A stretch of DNA of 64,000 nt. It comes from Anaerolineae bacterium (GTDB lineage Bacteria > Chloroflexota > Anaerolineae > Epilineales > Epilineaceae). The notes under the pieces are model-generated. The model was not told the origin of the DNA. It searched no databases and saw nothing but the letters and a program-made list of their open reading frames with translations. The position numbers and the translations under genes are program-made. Positions 61,032-64,000 of this stretch are shown piece by piece. Numbering within the stretch: position 1 is the first letter of the stretch; every line of letters begins with the position of its first letter. The stretch covers positions 27,696 through 91,695 of the forward strand of contig JBCLES010000003.1 in NCBI GenBank assembly GCA_038913135.1, given 5' to 3'.

Positions 61032-64000
61032 ATGCGGATCGTTCATCGATACTGGTTTCCGAATTTCGGCGCATTCGCCGCCGTCGTCGCGGCTCTCGTC
61101 TGCGGGGTGTGGCTTGCACTTCACGCGTCGCGAGTCACCGCATTGTCGCCGCTCGAACTCGCCGCCTTGTCGCCGCTCGAAACGGTGCACGCCTACCTCG
61201 CGACGGACGGCCTGCCCGGCTTCGCGGCGCTAGTGAGCGGCCTTCTGGCTTGGGACGTGTCAGACCCGCGCGGAATGTCCGAGGCGGGGCGCGCGACACG
61301 GATCAAGCCGCCCGAGGACACATATGACGACCACGGATATCGTGACATCGCCGCCACCGACAGTTGGGCCATCCTTGCATCAGGTAGCGACGGCGTGGAG
61401 TTCATCGACGTAAGCGTGCCGACCAGCCCGACAAGCGTCGCCCGTCTGGATCTCGACCCTGAGTCCGAGTTCGCGTTCGGGCTCTATGCCGAACGCGTCA
61501 GTATCGACGGTGAGCATGCGTATGTGGGGTGGTCTTGCTGCAACCCGGCCTTCCCCGACATGGTTCCGTCCGGCGGCGTCGATGTCTTCGAGCTTAGGCC
61601 TAAACCACGCGCCGTGGCCCGTTGGGTGCCTGAAGAGGGCTCCTGGGGCGGAGTTCGCGGCCTCGATGTAGACGCCGGCCGGATGTACGTGCTGTTCGCC
61701 GCCTGCGGTGGGATCGCGGGATTGTGCTCGTCGTCCATGAGCGTCGTAGACATCAGCAGGCCGGCGAGCCCCCACTCGATGGGCTCCGTCGATCTCGGGA
61801 GCTTTTCGTTCGACGGGATGGGTCCGAACGATCTGGTGTTCGACGACCCGCACGCTTTCATCGCCGACGGTGACGTGAACCTTGTCGCCGTCTTCGACCC
61901 GACAAGACCGTTCGAATCGACCGGCTTCTCGACGCCGGGAGACGCCGAGGCCATCGACTTCAGCGGTGGGTACGTGTACGTTGCTGATCGAATGGGTGGG
62001 CTCTTCAGCCAATATGTCCATGGCGACACTAAACCCGGCGCGCCCGACGACCTTCGCACCGTCGAAGGCGGCCTCGCCATCGACGCCATCGACGTCGCGA
62101 CCACCGATACGCATGCATATGTCATCACGTCCGATGCCAGGATTGTGGTGTACGACATCACTAGCCACGAGCCGAGTCTGCTCTCAGAGATCGAGGTTTT
62201 GGCCGACCCGGATCTTCGTGCCATCGATGTTGTGTCCGACGACGGAGGCGACGACCTTTCGTGCCTGACCTCCGAGCATTCGTTCAGAACCCTGCCAGAG
62301 TCGCCGCGAGCCGGCGAGGCATTCACGCTTCAGGTCACAGGGACGTCCGGTTGGTCGTGTGCGCCGGGTCCGGACAACACTTCGATCACGATCGAAGGCA
62401 ACACCATCGTCCTGACGATCCGTTCGCCGTTGTGCGACCTGATCTGCCTGCCCGTTGTCACCGCCTTCACCCTCGACCTCGAGTTCGAGGGCTTATCGGA
62501 GGGCGACTACATTATCGAATGGCGCGAAGGGTGTTCTAGCAGGCCGCCCCTCTGCAACACCGGTTTCATAGAGATCGGCGCAGACTCGGCGCCGACCACG
62601 GGAACACCGGCGCCACATACTCCGACTCCGGACCCAGGTACCGGCCCGACGCCGCGCCCTAAAGCGGTCTTCGTCCATGGATATGGTGGAGGCTTTCTCG
62701 GGCAAGGCGATTCCGACTACAAGTGCTCCGACGGACTGCAGCGTTATCCAGAAGACGACACGGACTTTGGATGGCTCGCCGAGACCTTCAAGGATGCCGA
62801 TTACGACACGTACCTTGCACGCTGGACTTCGAATGCGAACGAGACAATTGGAATCCCGGCGGCGGCCGATTGTCTACAAACTCAGCTCGACGGCTTGCTT
62901 GTGGGCTCGCCGGGCGCGAGCGTCACGCTGGTCGGGCACAGCTTGGGAGGCATCGTGAGCCGCTACTTCGTCGAGCGAACCGGATACAAGGGCGACGTGG
63001 ATCGTCTGATCACTTACGGCTCGCCACATGCCGGTATCCCCGACGCCTTTCTAGCGACGGTCTTCGCCGTGGATCTGACCAAACCCTTCTTCGCCTGCGA
63101 CGCCCATCCTGGCGCCTGCCAGGCCTCGGTGACGAGCATGACCGGCTACAACAGCTCGCGCTCGCTCCGTTCGGGCGTCGATTACGAGTTGGTCGGAGGA
63201 ACCCGCGGGCATCTGCTCACATCTTGGGGCCTCTCCGGCGAAGACGACGCCGTCGTTCAGACCGAAAGCGCCATCGCGCTTTCCGGAGTCGACGTGAGGC
63301 GCTGGGCGGTGCATGACACCCACGCGCTGCCCTTCTCGCCGTTCGCGCGCGACCATTACAAGGAGAGCGCGGAGAGCGTCAACTGCCTGCTGAAGATCCT
63401 CAGCGGTGCCGGCTCGCCGTCCGGAGGCTGCGCACCCGGGGTGATCACGCGGATTAACGATGCACCGTCAGGTTCGGCGGTGCGCGGCCTAGCCGACTCG
63501 CACGACGAGGCGATACCGCAACATGCTCCGGCCATCCGGGGCACGCTCGCGGCGGGCGAAAGCGCGGCCTTTGAGGTCGATATCGACGGCGGGCACGCGT
63601 CTATCGGCGCGGCTTGGCGCGGCGGAGACATGGCGATCGCGCTAGTTCGGCCCGACGGCGTTCGCATCGATCCGGAAACAGTCGAAGCGGTCGTGCCTGA
63701 CGGGCAATATCAGCATTCGCCAGGCGAAGACGGAGGCCTGGCGGCCTATGACCTCCCGCGCCCAATGCCCGGCAAGTGGAGCGTCGAGCTGCGCGCCATC
63801 GGGTTCGCTGCCGATTTCGCGCTCATCACGATCATGCAGTCTAACGTCGAGCTTCGCGTGGCCGGGCCGCCCGCTGTCGCCGCCGGGGGAATTACGACGG
63901 TCCGCGCATGGCTCGACGATTCCGGTGCCTCGATCGCCGAAGCGGAGATTTGGGCGGAATTCGCGACCGCCACTGAGACCGGCCCCATCGTTGCACTTCG
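61032..64000 (+). CDS. Large membrane-anchored/exported protein: LVIVD-repeat beta-propeller + alpha/beta-hydrolase (lipase-like, GHSLGG) + C-terminal beta-sandwich; 3' end beyond window
   Basis: Absent from the ORF track (no stop in the window). Hand translation from ATG 61032 (GGAGGGAAGG upstream) stays open to 64000, spot-checked at four places. MRIVHRYWFPNFGAFAAVVAALVCGVWLAL (TM). LVIVD-like blades (GVEFIDVSVPTSPTSVARLDL; MSVVDISRPASPHSMGSVDL; ARIVVYDITSHEPSLLSEIEV). VFVHGYGGG...VTLVGHSLGGIVSRYF...ITYGSPHAG. Confidence 0.8.
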   Translation, partial: MRIVHRYWFPNFGAFAAVVAALVCGVWLALHASRVTALSPLELAALSPLETVHAYLATDGLPGFAALVSGLLAWDVSDPRGMSEAGRATRIKPPEDTYDDHGYRDIAATDSWAILASGSDGVEFIDVSVPTSPTSVARLDLDPESEFAFGLYAERVSIDGEHAYVGWSCCNPAFPDMVPSGGVDVFELRPKPRAVARWVPEEGSWGGVRGLDVDAGRMYVLFAACGGIAGLCSSSMSVVDISRPASPHSMGSVDLGSFSFDGMGPNDLVFDDPHAFIADGDVNLVAVFDPTRPFESTGFSTPGDAEAIDFSGGYVYVADRMGGLFSQYVHGDTKPGAPDDLRTVEGGLAIDAIDVATTDTHAYVITSDARIVVYDITSHEPSLLSEIEVLADPDLRAIDVVSDDGGDDLSCLTSEHSFRTLPESPRAGEAFTLQVTGTSGWSCAPGPDNTSITIEGNTIVLTIRSPLCDLICLPVVTAFTLDLEFEGLSEGDYIIEWREGCSSRPPLCNTGFIEIGADSAPTTGTPAPHTPTPDPGTGPTPRPKAVFVHGYGGGFLGQGDSDYKCSDGLQRYPEDDTDFGWLAETFKDADYDTYLARWTSNANETIGIPAAADCLQTQLDGLLVGSPGASVTLVGHSLGGIVSRYFVERTGYKGDVDRLITYGSPHAGIPDAFLATVFAVDLTKPFFACDAHPGACQASVTSMTGYNSSRSLRSGVDYELVGGTRGHLLTSWGLSGEDDAVVQTESAIALSGVDVRRWAVHDTHALPFSPFARDHYKESAESVNCLLKILSGAGSPSGGCAPGVITRINDAPSGSAVRGLADSHDEAIPQHAPAIRGTLAAGESAAFEVDIDGGHASIGAAWRGGDMAIALVRPDGVRIDPETVEAVVPDGQYQHSPGEDGGLAAYDLPRPMPGKWSVELRAIGFAADFALITIMQSNVELRVAGPPAVAAGGITTVRAWLDDSGASIAEAEIWAEFATATETGPIVAL

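Noticed and set aside
61380-62326. Two overlapping minus-strand ORFs of 262 and 280 aa
   Set aside because: Antisense to the long open plus-strand frame starting at 61032, which has LVIVD and lipase motifs. Their products are low-complexity.

Overview
GC-rich bacterial chromosomal window (about two-thirds G+C by eye, not computed). It shows GGAGG-type ribosome-binding sites, many ATGA/GTGA start-stop overlaps and Pro/Thr-rich linkers. The lineage cannot be fixed from the sequence; a Chloroflexota- or Actinomycetota-like flavour is only an impression. No rRNA, tRNA or CRISPR array was seen. Content, left to right: (1) 0-4.1 kb, minus strand: peptide/nickel-type ABC importer (SBP, two permeases). 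(2) 4.4-12 kb, plus strand: an SDR, then an unusual phosphate-transport operon in the order pstS, phoU fusion, pstC, pstA, pstB, pstB, followed by a 2-phosphoglycerate-kinase-like gene. (3) 12-19 kb: an LmbE-type deacetylase, a heptad-repeat tail-anchored protein, and three translationally coupled genes (HprK-related kinase, signal-peptidase-like/nucleotidyltransferase fusion, exported CBM protein). (4) A YceI lipoprotein and a STAND NB-ARC/TPR regulator. (5) 22.9-48.3 kb: a 25-kb run of minus-strand genes. It holds a 2864-aa cyclic beta-1,2-glucan synthase, an NHL propeller, a BtuF-like protein, msrA, a Mo-hydroxylase (fused FeS+Moco subunit plus FAD subunit), a GMC oxidoreductase, a membrane-anchored possibly catalase-like protein with a free-standing paralog of its 4-TM module, two tandem di-haem cytochromes c, a 55-aa copy of a cytochrome leader, and an OYE flavoenzyme. 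(6) 48.5-50.6 kb: a GT-C glycosyltransferase cassette. (7) 50.6-57.6 kb: an accessory, partly lower-GC, decayed island. It holds an AbiEii-like pair, IS66-like remnants, a secreted gene with an in-frame TAA, a DUF4238 gene plus an unknown partner, and a cation-diffusion-facilitator (CDF) transporter remnant next to a ZIP transporter. (8) YibE/F, a cytoplasmic endonuclease/exonuclease/phosphatase-fold (EEP) protein, and a large LVIVD-propeller/lipase protein that runs off the window end. Strongest candidates for something undescribed: the orphan HprK/peptidase-NTase module, the DUF4238 two-gene cassette, the peroxide-themed redox supercluster, and the asymmetric PstB pair with the PhoU/dead-phosphatase fusion. 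All functional calls rest on motif recognition by eye; no searches were run.
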